Shown here piece after piece: positions 1 to 9,963 of a stretch of DNA of 64,000 nt. A model generated the notes under the pieces. It was not told the origin of the DNA. It saw nothing but the letters and a program-made list of their open reading frames with translations, and searched no databases. Each line of letters starts with the position of its first letter. Positions within the stretch are counted from its first letter, which is position 1. The DNA is taken from the NCBI GenBank assembly GCA_963422735.1, contig OY730476.1, forward strand, positions 3,744,001 through 3,808,000, given 5' to 3'. A program made the translations under genes and the position numbers. This DNA comes from Candidatus Latescibacterota bacterium. GTDB taxonomy: Bacteria > Latescibacterota > UBA2968 > UBA8231.

Positions 1-2
1 TC

Positions 3-956
3 GAGCGCGCCAACGAGGCTGGGAAGCCACGGGAGGCCTACTTTGTCGACGATTTCAAGAACGAGTACCTCCTGCGAACATTGCACCGCACCTTCGGCAC
101 CTCGGTTTTCAACGAGACGATGACGCGCTCGACGCTCGGAGAGGAGGGGTTCGTGCGCGCCATGGAACTCCTCTACAAGTGGACCTATGAGGACCACCTG
201 TTCCCCAGCGCTTCAGAGAAGGAATCGTTCGCGACTGCTGGGGGGTTCATCGGCGGCTCGATGTCTCTGCTGAACGACGGCACCTTTGGCATGGTGTCCA
301 TCGGTCGCTGGTGTTTGGTGCGTTTGCGCGAGTTCGACAACTCGCCTCGCGTTGGAGTCAGCTTCTTTCCCTACGCAGAGTTTCCCAACTGCGTCATTGA
401 CACGCGGGTGGTCGCGGTTTACTCCGGTAGCAAGCACAAGCGCGAGGCAACGCTGTTCCTCGCCTTCATGGCGGCGAAAGAGTACAACGAACACATCGTG
501 CGCATCGCCGACGCCTTGCCGCCGTTACCGGAGCACACGCGCACGGAACTCTATCGGCACCCGGTGGGGCACGAGAACGAGTGGGGGGCGCACGAGGCAC
601 CCGTGGAGGCGGCACAGACACTGGCCATCGCCCCGTCAATTAGTCGCTTCGTGCCCAAGGCGACAGTGGTGCGGATCAAGCGGCAGATGTTGGAGCGGGT
701 TATGTCTGATCTGACGACGCCCGCAGAGGCGGCCCAAGAGGCTGAGGACCGTATCAACGACGAGATCGAACGCACCTTGCGCGAGAGCCCAACCCTGCGT
801 CGACGCCACGCCGAGTTGATGCGTACTCAGCAGCAGATCGACGCCCGCCTAAGCAAGGGGCAGCGGGTCCCGCGAGAGTGGATCGCCAACACCTTCCACG
901 AGCACTACTACGAGTTCAAGGGCTGGCTCAAAGAGAGCGAGATGACGTCCCGATGA
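3..956 (+). CDS. Carbohydrate ABC transporter substrate-binding protein (5' partial)
   Basis: Frame is open to the window edge; SBP_bac_1-like segments (GRWCLVRLRE, REATLFLAFMA, TPAEAAQEAEDRIN); stop overlaps the next start (ATGA at 953-956). Confidence 0.8.
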   Translation, partial: ERANEAGKPREAYFVDDFKNEYLLRTLHRTFGTSVFNETMTRSTLGEEGFVRAMELLYKWTYEDHLFPSASEKESFATAGGFIGGSMSLLNDGTFGMVSIGRWCLVRLREFDNSPRVGVSFFPYAEFPNCVIDTRVVAVYSGSKHKREATLFLAFMAAKEYNEHIVRIADALPPLPEHTRTELYRHPVGHENEWGAHEAPVEAAQTLAIAPSISRFVPKATVVRIKRQMLERVMSDLTTPAEAAQEAEDRINDEIERTLRESPTLRRRHAELMRTQQQIDARLSKGQRVPREWIANTFHEHYYEFKGWLKESEMTSR

Positions 957-2431
957 CGAGTGGCGACAGGCGACGGCTAGCAGTGGGGCTCGCCTTTTTG
1001 GCCCCCAATATCCTCGGTTTCCTGACCTTCACCTTTCTGCCGCTGATATTCAGCTTGGTCTTCGCCTTTACCAACTGGGACCTGCGGCTCCACAACATGT
1101 TCAAGGATGAGCCGCTGCGCTTTGCTGGAATCGAAAACTTCCTGCGCCTGACGATGGAACGCGATTTCTGGCAGTACCTCGGCAACGCGCTGTTCCTGAT
1201 GATGGCGATCCCCTTCGGCATCGCCGGCAGTCTGGGCGCGGCACTGCTGCTGAATCGCAACATGGGCCGCGAAGATCGCCAAGTCTGGGTGCGTCTGCTA
1301 CTGCTGGCGATGCTGGTCGCCAGCAGCCTCGCGCTGGTGGCATTCGGTGCCGGTGCCTCGGCGATGACCGTGCTACTGTGCGGTCTGGCCGGAGGGATTC
1401 TCCTCGTTGGCACGATGGGCGGCTCCATCGTCTATCGCACGCTGTTTTACATGCCCCACTTCACGGCCGGCGTGGCCACGTTCATCCTCTGGAAGGAGCT
1501 CTACAACCCGCGCACGGGGCCGATCAATGCGGCACTGCGACCGCTGCTCGTCGATTTGGGCCACTGGGTGCGCAGCATACCGGCAGAGTTGGTTCAAAGC
1601 GGTATATGGCTCGGGGCGCTCGCCATGGTGGGGCTGGTGCTCGTCGGCGTGCGGCAGCTCGCGCGCGCTTGGCAGGACGGCGAGATGGGCTCTTGGGCAG
1701 CGGTCCCCTCAATTGTCGTGCTGCTGCTGCCGGCTGTGCTTGGGTTGCAGTGGTCGGAGTACGCGCCGGCGGCTCGCTTTGTGGCGTTCGCTGCAGTAGC
1801 TGTAATTGCCGTTGGCGTGGTGCAATGCCTGCGCCAAGGGTGTGGCTACCCATGCTCGCCCATCGAATCGTTCGCGACGTGGATGACCTTTTCCTGTGCA
1901 ATCATGGTGGGGCAGTTTGTGCTACTCGGACTGGGGAATGTGGTGTTCATGCTGCCGCAACTGGCATCCGACGGTTTGATGCCACCGGAATGGTTGGGGC
2001 GCTATCTGTGGGCGAAGCCGGCGATCATGATCATGGCACTGTGGGCGGCTGTGGGTTCAAACAACATGCTGCTCTATCTGGCGGGGTTGAGCAATGTGCC
2101 GTTGGAGCTCTACGAAGCGGCAGAGGTTGACGGTGCATCTGGCTTCCAACGGTTCTGGCATGTCACCTGGCCGCAGCTAGCACCGGTGACTTTCTTCATT
2201 GTCGTCATGAGCACGATTGCCGGCTTGCAGGGCGGCTTTGAGATGGCGCGAACCATGACGCAAGGCGGCCCGGCTGGCTCGACGACCACGCTGAGCTATT
2301 ACGTCTATACCGAAGGGTTCACCACGGGTCGGCTTGGCTACGCCGCGGCGATTAGCTGGGCACTGTTCGGTCTCGTCTTTACCGTTACGCTGCTCAACTG
2401 GCGTTTTGGTAGTCGCCGAGTCGAGTACTGA
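953..2431 (+). CDS. Carbohydrate ABC permease (MalF-like) with large membrane insertions
   Basis: FLAPNILGFL start, EAA motif LYEAAEVDGASGFQRFWHVTWP, GGPAGSTTT and GYAAA C-terminal motifs; about 490 aa. Confidence 0.9.
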   Translation: MTSGDRRRLAVGLAFLAPNILGFLTFTFLPLIFSLVFAFTNWDLRLHNMFKDEPLRFAGIENFLRLTMERDFWQYLGNALFLMMAIPFGIAGSLGAALLLNRNMGREDRQVWVRLLLLAMLVASSLALVAFGAGASAMTVLLCGLAGGILLVGTMGGSIVYRTLFYMPHFTAGVATFILWKELYNPRTGPINAALRPLLVDLGHWVRSIPAELVQSGIWLGALAMVGLVLVGVRQLARAWQDGEMGSWAAVPSIVVLLLPAVLGLQWSEYAPAARFVAFAAVAVIAVGVVQCLRQGCGYPCSPIESFATWMTFSCAIMVGQFVLLGLGNVVFMLPQLASDGLMPPEWLGRYLWAKPAIMIMALWAAVGSNNMLLYLAGLSNVPLELYEAAEVDGASGFQRFWHVTWPQLAPVTFFIVVMSTIAGLQGGFEMARTMTQGGPAGSTTTLSYYVYTEGFTTGRLGYAAAISWALFGLVFTVTLLNWRFGSRRVEY

Positions 2432-2435
2432 CGCG

Positions 2436-3308
2436 ATGGCAACTGCTGACAGCACCAATCGCTCGCTTTCGCGCCGCGAGGCCATCTGGAACCAAGTCGC
2501 CTCTACGGGGGTGGCACACCTCGCGCTGACTGCCTTGAGCCTGTCGCTGATCATGCCCTTCGTCTGGATGGTGCTGACGAGCCTCAAGAAGATCGAGGAG
2601 ATCGGTATCGAGACGTGGTTCCCGGCTGAGCTCATGTTCGAGAACTACGGCACGGTGTTCACGACCGAGGGCATCCAATTCGCGCGCTGGTACTGCAACA
2701 GCATCTTCGTCGCTTCGTGGGCAACATTTCTGCAGGTCTTCACCAGCGCCCTCGCCGCGTTCAGCTTCTCACGGCTGCGCTGGCCTGGGCGCGATCGCGT
2801 CTTCCTGCTCTATCTGGCGACGATGATGTTGCCGGCACTCGTCATGATGATTCCGAACTACCAGATCATGATCGAACTCGACCTCGTCGATACCTACGCC
2901 GGCTTGGTCTTCCCGGCCTCGTTCAGCGCCTTCGGCACTTTTCTACTGCGCCAGTTCATGCTCACCATTCCGCCCGCGCTCGACGAAGCGGCGGAGATCG
3001 ACGGTGCCAGCACTTGGCAGCTATTCTGGGATGTCATTCTGCCGCTCGCAAGGCCCGGCCTCATCGCGCTGACCATCTTTACCTTCATCGGCAACTACCA
3101 CAGCTTCTTCTGGCCCCTAGTGATGATGAAGAGCGTACATCGCTACACGCTACCGATCGGACTGCTCTACTTCGACTCCGGCTACGGCCAAGAGACCAAC
3201 CTCATCATGGCGGCGGTAACCATGTCTGTGGTGCCCATGCTGATCCTGTTTGTCATCCTGCAGCGCTACCTAGTGGCAGGTATCCAGCTAGGAAGCGTCA
3301 AAGGCTAG
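2436..3308 (+). CDS. Carbohydrate ABC permease (MalG-like)
   Basis: PFVWMVLTSLK, LDEAAEIDGAS, C-terminal QRYLVAGIQLGSVKG. Confidence 0.93.
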   Translation: MATADSTNRSLSRREAIWNQVASTGVAHLALTALSLSLIMPFVWMVLTSLKKIEEIGIETWFPAELMFENYGTVFTTEGIQFARWYCNSIFVASWATFLQVFTSALAAFSFSRLRWPGRDRVFLLYLATMMLPALVMMIPNYQIMIELDLVDTYAGLVFPASFSAFGTFLLRQFMLTIPPALDEAAEIDGASTWQLFWDVILPLARPGLIALTIFTFIGNYHSFFWPLVMMKSVHRYTLPIGLLYFDSGYGQETNLIMAAVTMSVVPMLILFVILQRYLVAGIQLGSVKG

Positions 3309-3341
3309 CGTGAAGTTCATCTACAGAAAGGAAATGCAATA

Positions 3342-3560
3342 ATGAGTTCCAGACCCAACATCGCATTCATCATGCCCGATCAACTGCGCCACGACTTCCT
3401 CTCGTGTTATGGTGCCGATTTTCTGAGTACCCCCCATATCGACCGCATCGCCGACGAAGGCATCCGCTGCGATAAGGCGTACAGCCTGCACCCGGTTTGC
3501 GTGCCGGCCCGCGCGGGGATCAGTGTGCTGCGCACGGGGGTCTTCAAGAACCCGATATGA
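3342..3560 (+). pseudogene. Truncated sulfatase (N-terminal ~60 aa only)
   Basis: RPNIAFIMPDQLR and formylglycine motif CVPARAG, then similarity ends; 72 aa against ~450 expected. Confidence 0.8.
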
Positions 3561-5077
3561 ACAAGCCGAACATACTGATCTTCATGACCGACCAGCAACG
3601 GGCGTGTTCCGTGCTACCTAACGACGCGTACAAGGCAAAGACACCCGTACTTGACGAGTTCCGCAAGGAGAGCGTCACCTTCAGTCGCGCCTTCTGCCCG
3701 GCGCCGCACTGCTGCCCGGCACGTGCGTCGTTCGCGACCGGCCTGATGCCGACCCAGCACGGCGTCTGGCACAACGTGAACGTCGCCAATGCCATCACCC
3801 GCGGCTTGAAGGACCACGTCCGCCCCTGGAGTGTGGACATGCAGGAAGCGGGGTACCGCATGCTCTTTTCGGGTAAGTGGCACGTCAGCAACTATCAACA
3901 GCCGCACGACTATGGTTGGGAGCACGTCGCGCCGGGAAGCGCACACCACGGCAGACGATTGAGCCGCGACGAGCAGGACGCTGCGGCCCGTGAACGCGAA
4001 CTGCGCAATTTGCAACGACATGCTGGGGGCGACGGTGGCAGCGAGCGGGTGCCCGGCGAGATCAGGCGCGCGGGGATGCGCCCGTATATCCACTATGGCG
4101 ACAACAGCCATCCCTTCTTGGCGCAGTATTTCCGCGACGGAGAAGAGGACAACCCCTTCGGCGACCGTACAGTGGTCGAGGCCGCGCTGGCGAAAATGGA
4201 TGCGTTGGACGAGAATGAGCCGTGGTGCCTGTATGTTGGGACTCTTGGTCCACACGATCCGTATATCGCACCTAGGCGGTTTCTCGATCTGTATGAAGGC
4301 GTGGAATTCCCACTGCCGGACACCTTCGACGATCCGCTGGATGACAAACCGGCCCTCTACCGCCGCACCCGCGACCGCTTTACTCAGTTGACGCGCGAGG
4401 AACATCAGGACGCGATTAAGCACTACTTGGCGTTCTGCACCTATGAGGACTGGCTCTTCGGGCGGCTGATCGACAAGCTCAAAGAGCGCGGGGAGTATGA
4501 GGACGCGATCGTTTTCTACCTCTCCGACCACGGCGACTACTTGGGCGACCACGGCCTGTGGTGTAAGGGTCTGCCGTCGTTTTTGAGTTGCTATCATGTG
4601 CCGGCGATCCTGAAGATGCCGGGCGGGCAACAAGGCGTGGTGCGCGACGAGTTCGTGTCTCTCTGTGACTTCGCGCCGACGTTGCTCGAGATGGGCTCAG
4701 CTAAGAGCTCGGTAGAGTTCGCCGGTGCAAGCCTGGTGCCGTTGCTCAAGGGCGAAACACCGGCCGACTGGCGCGATGCGCTGTTCTTCCAGACGAATGG
4801 CAACGAGACCTATGGCATCCAACGTTCCGTCGTCACTGACAAGTGGCGATTTGCATACAATGGATTTGACTACGACGAGCTGTACGACCTAGAAAGCGAT
4901 CCCGGACAGATGAAGAACCTTGTCCCTGATCCAGAATACCAGCCTGTCGTCGAGGAGATGTATCGTCGAATCTGGATGTTCGGCCTTGCACACGAGGAGC
5001 ACTTGCTCAACGAGTATATCACGACCGCGATGGCGGATTACGGGCCGGGTATTGTGGCCGGAAAATCTGCTAGCTGA
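3557..5077 (+). CDS. Sulfatase (Cys-type, FGly-dependent)
   Basis: KPNILIFMTDQQR, CCPARAS, GKWH, PHDPY, SDHGD, ELYDLESDPGQMKNL. Confidence 0.95.
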   Translation: MNKPNILIFMTDQQRACSVLPNDAYKAKTPVLDEFRKESVTFSRAFCPAPHCCPARASFATGLMPTQHGVWHNVNVANAITRGLKDHVRPWSVDMQEAGYRMLFSGKWHVSNYQQPHDYGWEHVAPGSAHHGRRLSRDEQDAAARERELRNLQRHAGGDGGSERVPGEIRRAGMRPYIHYGDNSHPFLAQYFRDGEEDNPFGDRTVVEAALAKMDALDENEPWCLYVGTLGPHDPYIAPRRFLDLYEGVEFPLPDTFDDPLDDKPALYRRTRDRFTQLTREEHQDAIKHYLAFCTYEDWLFGRLIDKLKERGEYEDAIVFYLSDHGDYLGDHGLWCKGLPSFLSCYHVPAILKMPGGQQGVVRDEFVSLCDFAPTLLEMGSAKSSVEFAGASLVPLLKGETPADWRDALFFQTNGNETYGIQRSVVTDKWRFAYNGFDYDELYDLESDPGQMKNLVPDPEYQPVVEEMYRRIWMFGLAHEEHLLNEYITTAMADYGPGIVAGKSAS

Positions 5078-5101
5078 GCGGGTTCACAGAGCGAGGAGTA
5101 G

Positions 5102-7042
5102 ATGGCCCAAGCCCCTGTAAAGGCCGTTCACGGCGTATCCGGACGAGCGGTGCTCCTAGGGCTGCTCGGCAGCTTCATCATCGCCGCTGGCGAACCCTTC
5201 GGCGTGCTGGTACTGCGCGGCTCACCCATGGGTGCCGACTTCTCGACCGGTGCGGCGATCTTTCTCTTCCTACCGCTTACTTTACTGCTCAATCCGCTGA
5301 TCCGCCTGCTCGGCCGGCCGGCCCTGCGGCGCGGCGAGTTGGTCACCATCTACATCATGATGATCGTCGCTGCGGCCATCCCCTCCTGGGGATTCACCCT
5401 CAACCTGATTCCCTTACTGGGCGGCTTCTTCTACTACGCCACGCCCGAAAACGAATGGGCTCAGCTAATCCAGCCACATATCCCGCCGTGGCTGGTGCCC
5501 GATGGCCGAGACGCGGTGTGGAAGCTCTTCGAGGGCGGCACCCGCAGCGAGTCGGTCTCTTGGGGTGCTTGGGGACCGCCGCTGCTGATCTGGAGTCTCT
5601 TCGCGGTCACCATCTATTTCATCACGCTCTGCCTGCTGGTCATCCTGCGCAAACAGTGGGTCGAGCGCGATAAGCTACTCTTTCCCATGGCTGTGCTCCC
5701 CCTAGAGATGAGTACCGAGGAGCCGGACAGGAGGCTGCCGCCCTTCTTCTGCAACTACCTGATGTGGATTGGCTTCCTGATTCCCTTCCTGATCAACGGT
5801 CTGGAAGCACTGCACAAATATTACAACTTCATCCCACCGATCAGCCTAGACGCTTCCATCCCGATCCTGCACAACGCGATCCACCTGCGCTGCTCGCCCC
5901 GCTTCGAGGTCATCGGTCTATCCTATCTGCTGAGCCTAGATGTGGGGTTCGGGGTCTGGTTTTTCGCCTTCCTCGCCCTACTGCAGACCGGACTGGAGCG
6001 CACACTCGGCTGGAGCATTGGTCCGGTGCAGCCCTTCTCCGACCCGGCCTCACCTAGCGTCGCCCATCTGGCTCAAGGTGCTTTGTTCTTCCTAGTGTTT
6101 GCCGGCTTCTGGCACGGCCGACGTCACTTGCGGGATGTGCTGCACAAAGCCTTCGGCGGCGCCCCAGATGTCGATGACCGCGGCGAATTACTCTCCTACC
6201 GGACGGCTGTCCTAGGCACTCTGCTAGGCAGCCTGCTGGCATTAGGCTGGCTGTTGGCTGCGGGGCTAAACCTACTCACGGCAACGGTCTTTCTCGCCAC
6301 GTCCATGGTGATTTTCATCGGGCTGACGCGAATCATCGCCCAGACGGGCCTAGCCTCATACCGGGCCACGGTAGCGGCCCCTGTCTTCACGGTCAATGCG
6401 CTGGGCAGCTCCCTAGTGGGAGCGCCAGGCTTGACCATTCTAGGGCTGAATTTCGCTTGGTCGGCGGACGTGCGCACCTTTGTGATGGCCTCGGCGGCAA
6501 CCGGCGTGAAGCTGGCCCAAGAGACGGCCCTGGAGGGACGGCGACTGTTCTGGGCCGTGGTTGGAGCCATCCTCGTCACCCTAGTCGGCTCTGCCTGGGC
6601 CATCGTCGAACTGTCCTATCAGTACGGAGGTATCAACCTAGTCGGCTGGCAGTTCAGCGGCCTGCCCACATTCACCGGCAACTGGATCGCCCACAGCCTC
6701 AACAACCCCCAACCGACCCAGTCCTGGCACATGGCCTTCACGGTCCTAGGCGCGGGCCTGATGGGCATCATGTCTTATGTCAAGAATCGCTTCGCCGGCT
6801 TCCCAATTCACCCCATCGGGATGACCTTGGGCATGACAGCACCGATGTACCATCTCTGGTTTTCGGTCTTCATCGCCTGGCTGCTGAAGGTAGCCATCCT
6901 CAAGTACGGCGGCGCACGGGTCTATACCCAGCTACGCCCCTTCTTCCTCGGCATGGTCCTAGGCGGCTTCGGCTCGGCCGGGTTCTGGCTTATCGTCGAC
7001 TACTTCACCGGCATGACCGGCAACAGCTTCACGGTCTCCTGA
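5102..7042 (+). CDS. DUF6785/DUF6784-like polytopic membrane protein (putative transporter)
   Basis: Many TM helices; FYYATPENEW, RKQWVERDKLLFP, FPIHPIG, KYGG..RPFFLG motifs; paralog at 12776. Confidence 0.7.
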   Translation: MAQAPVKAVHGVSGRAVLLGLLGSFIIAAGEPFGVLVLRGSPMGADFSTGAAIFLFLPLTLLLNPLIRLLGRPALRRGELVTIYIMMIVAAAIPSWGFTLNLIPLLGGFFYYATPENEWAQLIQPHIPPWLVPDGRDAVWKLFEGGTRSESVSWGAWGPPLLIWSLFAVTIYFITLCLLVILRKQWVERDKLLFPMAVLPLEMSTEEPDRRLPPFFCNYLMWIGFLIPFLINGLEALHKYYNFIPPISLDASIPILHNAIHLRCSPRFEVIGLSYLLSLDVGFGVWFFAFLALLQTGLERTLGWSIGPVQPFSDPASPSVAHLAQGALFFLVFAGFWHGRRHLRDVLHKAFGGAPDVDDRGELLSYRTAVLGTLLGSLLALGWLLAAGLNLLTATVFLATSMVIFIGLTRIIAQTGLASYRATVAAPVFTVNALGSSLVGAPGLTILGLNFAWSADVRTFVMASAATGVKLAQETALEGRRLFWAVVGAILVTLVGSAWAIVELSYQYGGINLVGWQFSGLPTFTGNWIAHSLNNPQPTQSWHMAFTVLGAGLMGIMSYVKNRFAGFPIHPIGMTLGMTAPMYHLWFSVFIAWLLKVAILKYGGARVYTQLRPFFLGMVLGGFGSAGFWLIVDYFTGMTGNSFTVS

Positions 7043-7141
7043 TCGTCGTCCGCTGCGGCGCGTTAAAGTAATCGACATATTCTAAGAGGCCGATCTGGTA
7101 TATATGCTGTCACTCAACCCTTTAATCCTGCGGAGACACTC

Positions 7142-7969
7142 ATGTACAATCTCAACGGCAAAGTCGCCCTCGTCACCGGCGCGGGCGGCGAACATGGCAT
7201 TGGCCGCGCCATCTGCCAGCGCCTAGTGCGCGAAGGCTGCGACCTCGTGGTCAACGACTTGTGCGCCCAGCCCTATAGCGCGTCTGGCTGGGGCGGTCTG
7301 CCCGCCCTCGTCGCCGAAGTCGAAGCTGCCGGGCGGCAGGCCCTCGCAGTCGAGGCCGATGTGTCCGACGCCGCCCAAGTCGAGGGCATGGTGCAAGACG
7401 CACTCGCCCGCTTTGGCCGCATCGACCTGCTGGTCAACAACGCCGGCTCGCGCCCCGGGCCAGACCGCGTCCCGGTCGTCGATCTGAGCGAAGCCACTTG
7501 GGACCAAGTGCAAAGCGTCAACGTCAAGGGCACTTTCCTCTGCTCGCGCGCCGTGGCCCGGCACCTGATCGACCGCGGCGACGGCGGCAAGATTATCAAC
7601 ATGTCCTCTACGGCCGGTCGCCAAGGGATACCGCGCTACGCCGCGTATTGCGCGTCCAAATTCGCCATCATCGGCTTTACCCAATCCCTCGCTGGCGAGC
7701 TCGCCCCCCACCGGATCAACGTCAACGCCGTCTGCCCGGGCAACACTCTCACCGAGCGCACTCACTACATCGCCGCGGGCCTCGCCGAGCTCGCCGAGCC
7801 AGACGCCGACACCACGGCCGCCTTGGTCCAAGATCTTGAGGCACAAACCCCCTTGGGCCGCGTCGGTACGCCCGAGGACGTGGCCCGCACTGTGGCCTTT
7901 CTCGCTTCGGACGAAGCTGCTTATCTCACCGGCATATCGCTGTTGGTGGCCGGCGGCTTTCAGATGTGA
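7142..7969 (+). CDS. SDR family NAD(P)-dependent oxidoreductase
   Basis: TGAGGEHGIG, NNAG, catalytic YCASK, VNAVCPG. Confidence 0.95.
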   Translation: MYNLNGKVALVTGAGGEHGIGRAICQRLVREGCDLVVNDLCAQPYSASGWGGLPALVAEVEAAGRQALAVEADVSDAAQVEGMVQDALARFGRIDLLVNNAGSRPGPDRVPVVDLSEATWDQVQSVNVKGTFLCSRAVARHLIDRGDGGKIINMSSTAGRQGIPRYAAYCASKFAIIGFTQSLAGELAPHRINVNAVCPGNTLTERTHYIAAGLAELAEPDADTTAALVQDLEAQTPLGRVGTPEDVARTVAFLASDEAAYLTGISLLVAGGFQM

Positions 7970-8006
7970 GACCAGCCTAAACGACGGGTGACCACAAGGG
8001 GTGCCC

Positions 8007-8885
8007 CTACTCCTTGACGCTCCCCAGCATGATCCCGCGCACGAAGTACTTCTGCACGAATGGATAGACCAAAAGCATCGGTAGGATGGTAACGACCACA
8101 GTCGCCGCCTTGATCGTCTCGGGCGTGAACTCGGTGATGTTCGGATCCACTAGCCCCTGCTCGATAAGCTCGACGCTATTTTCGATGACGATTCGCTGTA
8201 AAAAGGTCTGCAAGACCTGATTCTCGTCCGACGCGATATAGAGCATGGCGTCGAACCAGTGGTTCCAGTGCGCCACCGCCGTCCACAGCCCAATCGTCGC
8301 CAGCACTGGCTTGGAGAGGGGCACGTATATCCTGAAGAGGATATTGAACTCGCTGGCTCCGTCGATCTTGGCAGACTCGGCCAGACTTTCGGGAATGGCT
8401 TGAAAGAAATTCTTGACCACAATGATGTTGAAGGCCGTCAGCATCTGCGGCAGCATCAGCGCCCATATTGAGTCAATCAGGCCTAGGTTTTTGACCTGTA
8501 AGTAGTTGGGTACAATGCCGCCGCTAAAGAGCATGGTGAAAAGCACCAAGAACAGCAGCGGGCTGCGGTGGGGCATTTCGCGCCGCGCCAGCGGATAGGC
8601 CGTCAGACAAGTGAAAAAGAGGGTTAGCGCCGTGCCCAAGACCGTGCGCAGGATCGAGTTGGTGAACCCAGTGACGATCTCGGGGTTGGACAGTACCATG
8701 CGGTACGAGGTCAGCGAAACGTCCCGTGGGTAGAGATGCAGGCTTGCGCGCATGGCCTCGGCGGCGCTGCTCAACGACATCGAAATCGTGTAAACAAAAG
8801 GATAGAGCGCCATCAGCCCGACCAAGCCCAATACCGTCAGGTTAAAGATGTTAAACACTTTCTCGCCTCGCGTGCGGCCTACCAT
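8007..8885 (-). CDS. Carbohydrate ABC permease (YtcP/LplC-like)
   Basis: Start MVGRTRGEK at 8885; FSGGIVP, ESAKIDGASE, YPFVQKYFVRGIMLGSVKE. Confidence 0.93.
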   Translation of the reverse strand: MVGRTRGEKVFNIFNLTVLGLVGLMALYPFVYTISMSLSSAAEAMRASLHLYPRDVSLTSYRMVLSNPEIVTGFTNSILRTVLGTALTLFFTCLTAYPLARREMPHRSPLLFLVLFTMLFSGGIVPNYLQVKNLGLIDSIWALMLPQMLTAFNIIVVKNFFQAIPESLAESAKIDGASEFNILFRIYVPLSKPVLATIGLWTAVAHWNHWFDAMLYIASDENQVLQTFLQRIVIENSVELIEQGLVDPNITEFTPETIKAATVVVTILPMLLVYPFVQKYFVRGIMLGSVKE

Positions 8886-9784
8886 ATCCCTTGCTCCCCC
8901 CCGCTGAGCCGCCGGGCTAGCGAGTTGGCCAACACTACCATCAACAAGCCAACCACGGACTTGAAAAGCCCGGCCCCGGTGGCTAGCCCAAAGTCCATCA
9001 GCACAATCCGCCGCAGGACGTAGGTGTCGATAATGTCGGCCGCGTCGTACACCATAGGATTGTACATGTTGTAAATCTGGTCGAAGCCAGCGTTGAGCAC
9101 GTGGCCGAGATTGAGGATGAAAAGCGTGATAATCGTCGGCACCAGCCCCGGGATGGTAATGTGCAAGGTCTGCTTCCAGCGCCCGGCCCCATCGACGACG
9201 GCCGCCTCGTACAGGTCGGGAGAAATCCCGGCCAGTGCCGCCAAGTAAATCACCGCCCCGTAGCCGGCCGCCTGCCATATCCCGGTGGCGATGACCACCG
9301 CGATGAACCAGAAATCGTCGGTGAGGAACTCAATGGCCGAGACGCCGAATAGCTGGGCGATCTGATTGGCCGGTCCGCTCTGCGAGAAAATCATTAGGAA
9401 GATGCCGCCGAGGATGACCCACGAGAGGAAGTAGGGAATATAGGTCACCGTCTGCACGGTGCGCTTGTACCAAGAAACGCGGATCTCATTGAGCATTAGC
9501 GCCAGTGCGATCGGCGAGAAAAAGCCAAACAGCAAGCGCAAGACGCTTATGGTAACCGTGTTGCGCAGGGCATTGGAAAAGTCGGCCCCGCCGAAGAGGC
9601 GGGAGAAATTCTCCAACCCGCTCCACTCGCTGCCTAAAATGCCGGCGCTCAGGCGGAACTCCTTAAAGGCGAGCACCAGCCCGAACATCGGCAAGTAATT
9701 GAAGACGAGGAAAAAGGCCAGCCCCGGTGCCACCAGCAGCAACAGGCCTTGGTGCCGGCGGTACTACGTCAGTACTTTGCTCAT
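8879..9784 (-). pseudogene. Carbohydrate ABC permease (LplB-like) with in-frame TAG at codon 7
   Basis: ATG at 9784 reads MSKVLT*YRRHQGLLLLVAPG (TAG at 9764-9766); the rest is intact with LYEAAVVDGA. Could be rescued by a TTG start at 9742. Confidence 0.65.
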
Positions 9785-9828
9785 ATATCCACTCAACTTA
9801 TAGCCTCGCCCTGTCTATGCCGCCTAGC

Positions 9829-9918
9829 GATGCTTCGACGTTACGTTGCTCAGCACGACCAGTGCTGGCAGTCTGCTTCCCGGTCATGCTGAGCGGATCC
9901 CAACGGAGTCGGAGCATC
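9829..9918. repeat. REP-like inverted repeat doublet
   Basis: GATGCTTCGAC..GCTCAGCACGAC (9829-9859) is the inverted partner of GTCATGCTGAGC..GTCGGAGCATC (9883-9918), one mismatch in each block. Confidence 0.75.
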
Positions 9919-9963
9919 TGCCATACCTAAATTAGAATTAGGTAGTATCCGTGCGTAACGTAG

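Noticed and set aside
3306-3308. Genome-wide TAG reassignment
   Set aside because: TAG ends conserved genes at their expected C-termini (this permease, ffh, recJ).
8886-9278. N-terminal extension of the 8007-9278 ORF
   Set aside because: It overlaps the upstream permease in another frame; permease similarity starts at ATG 8885.
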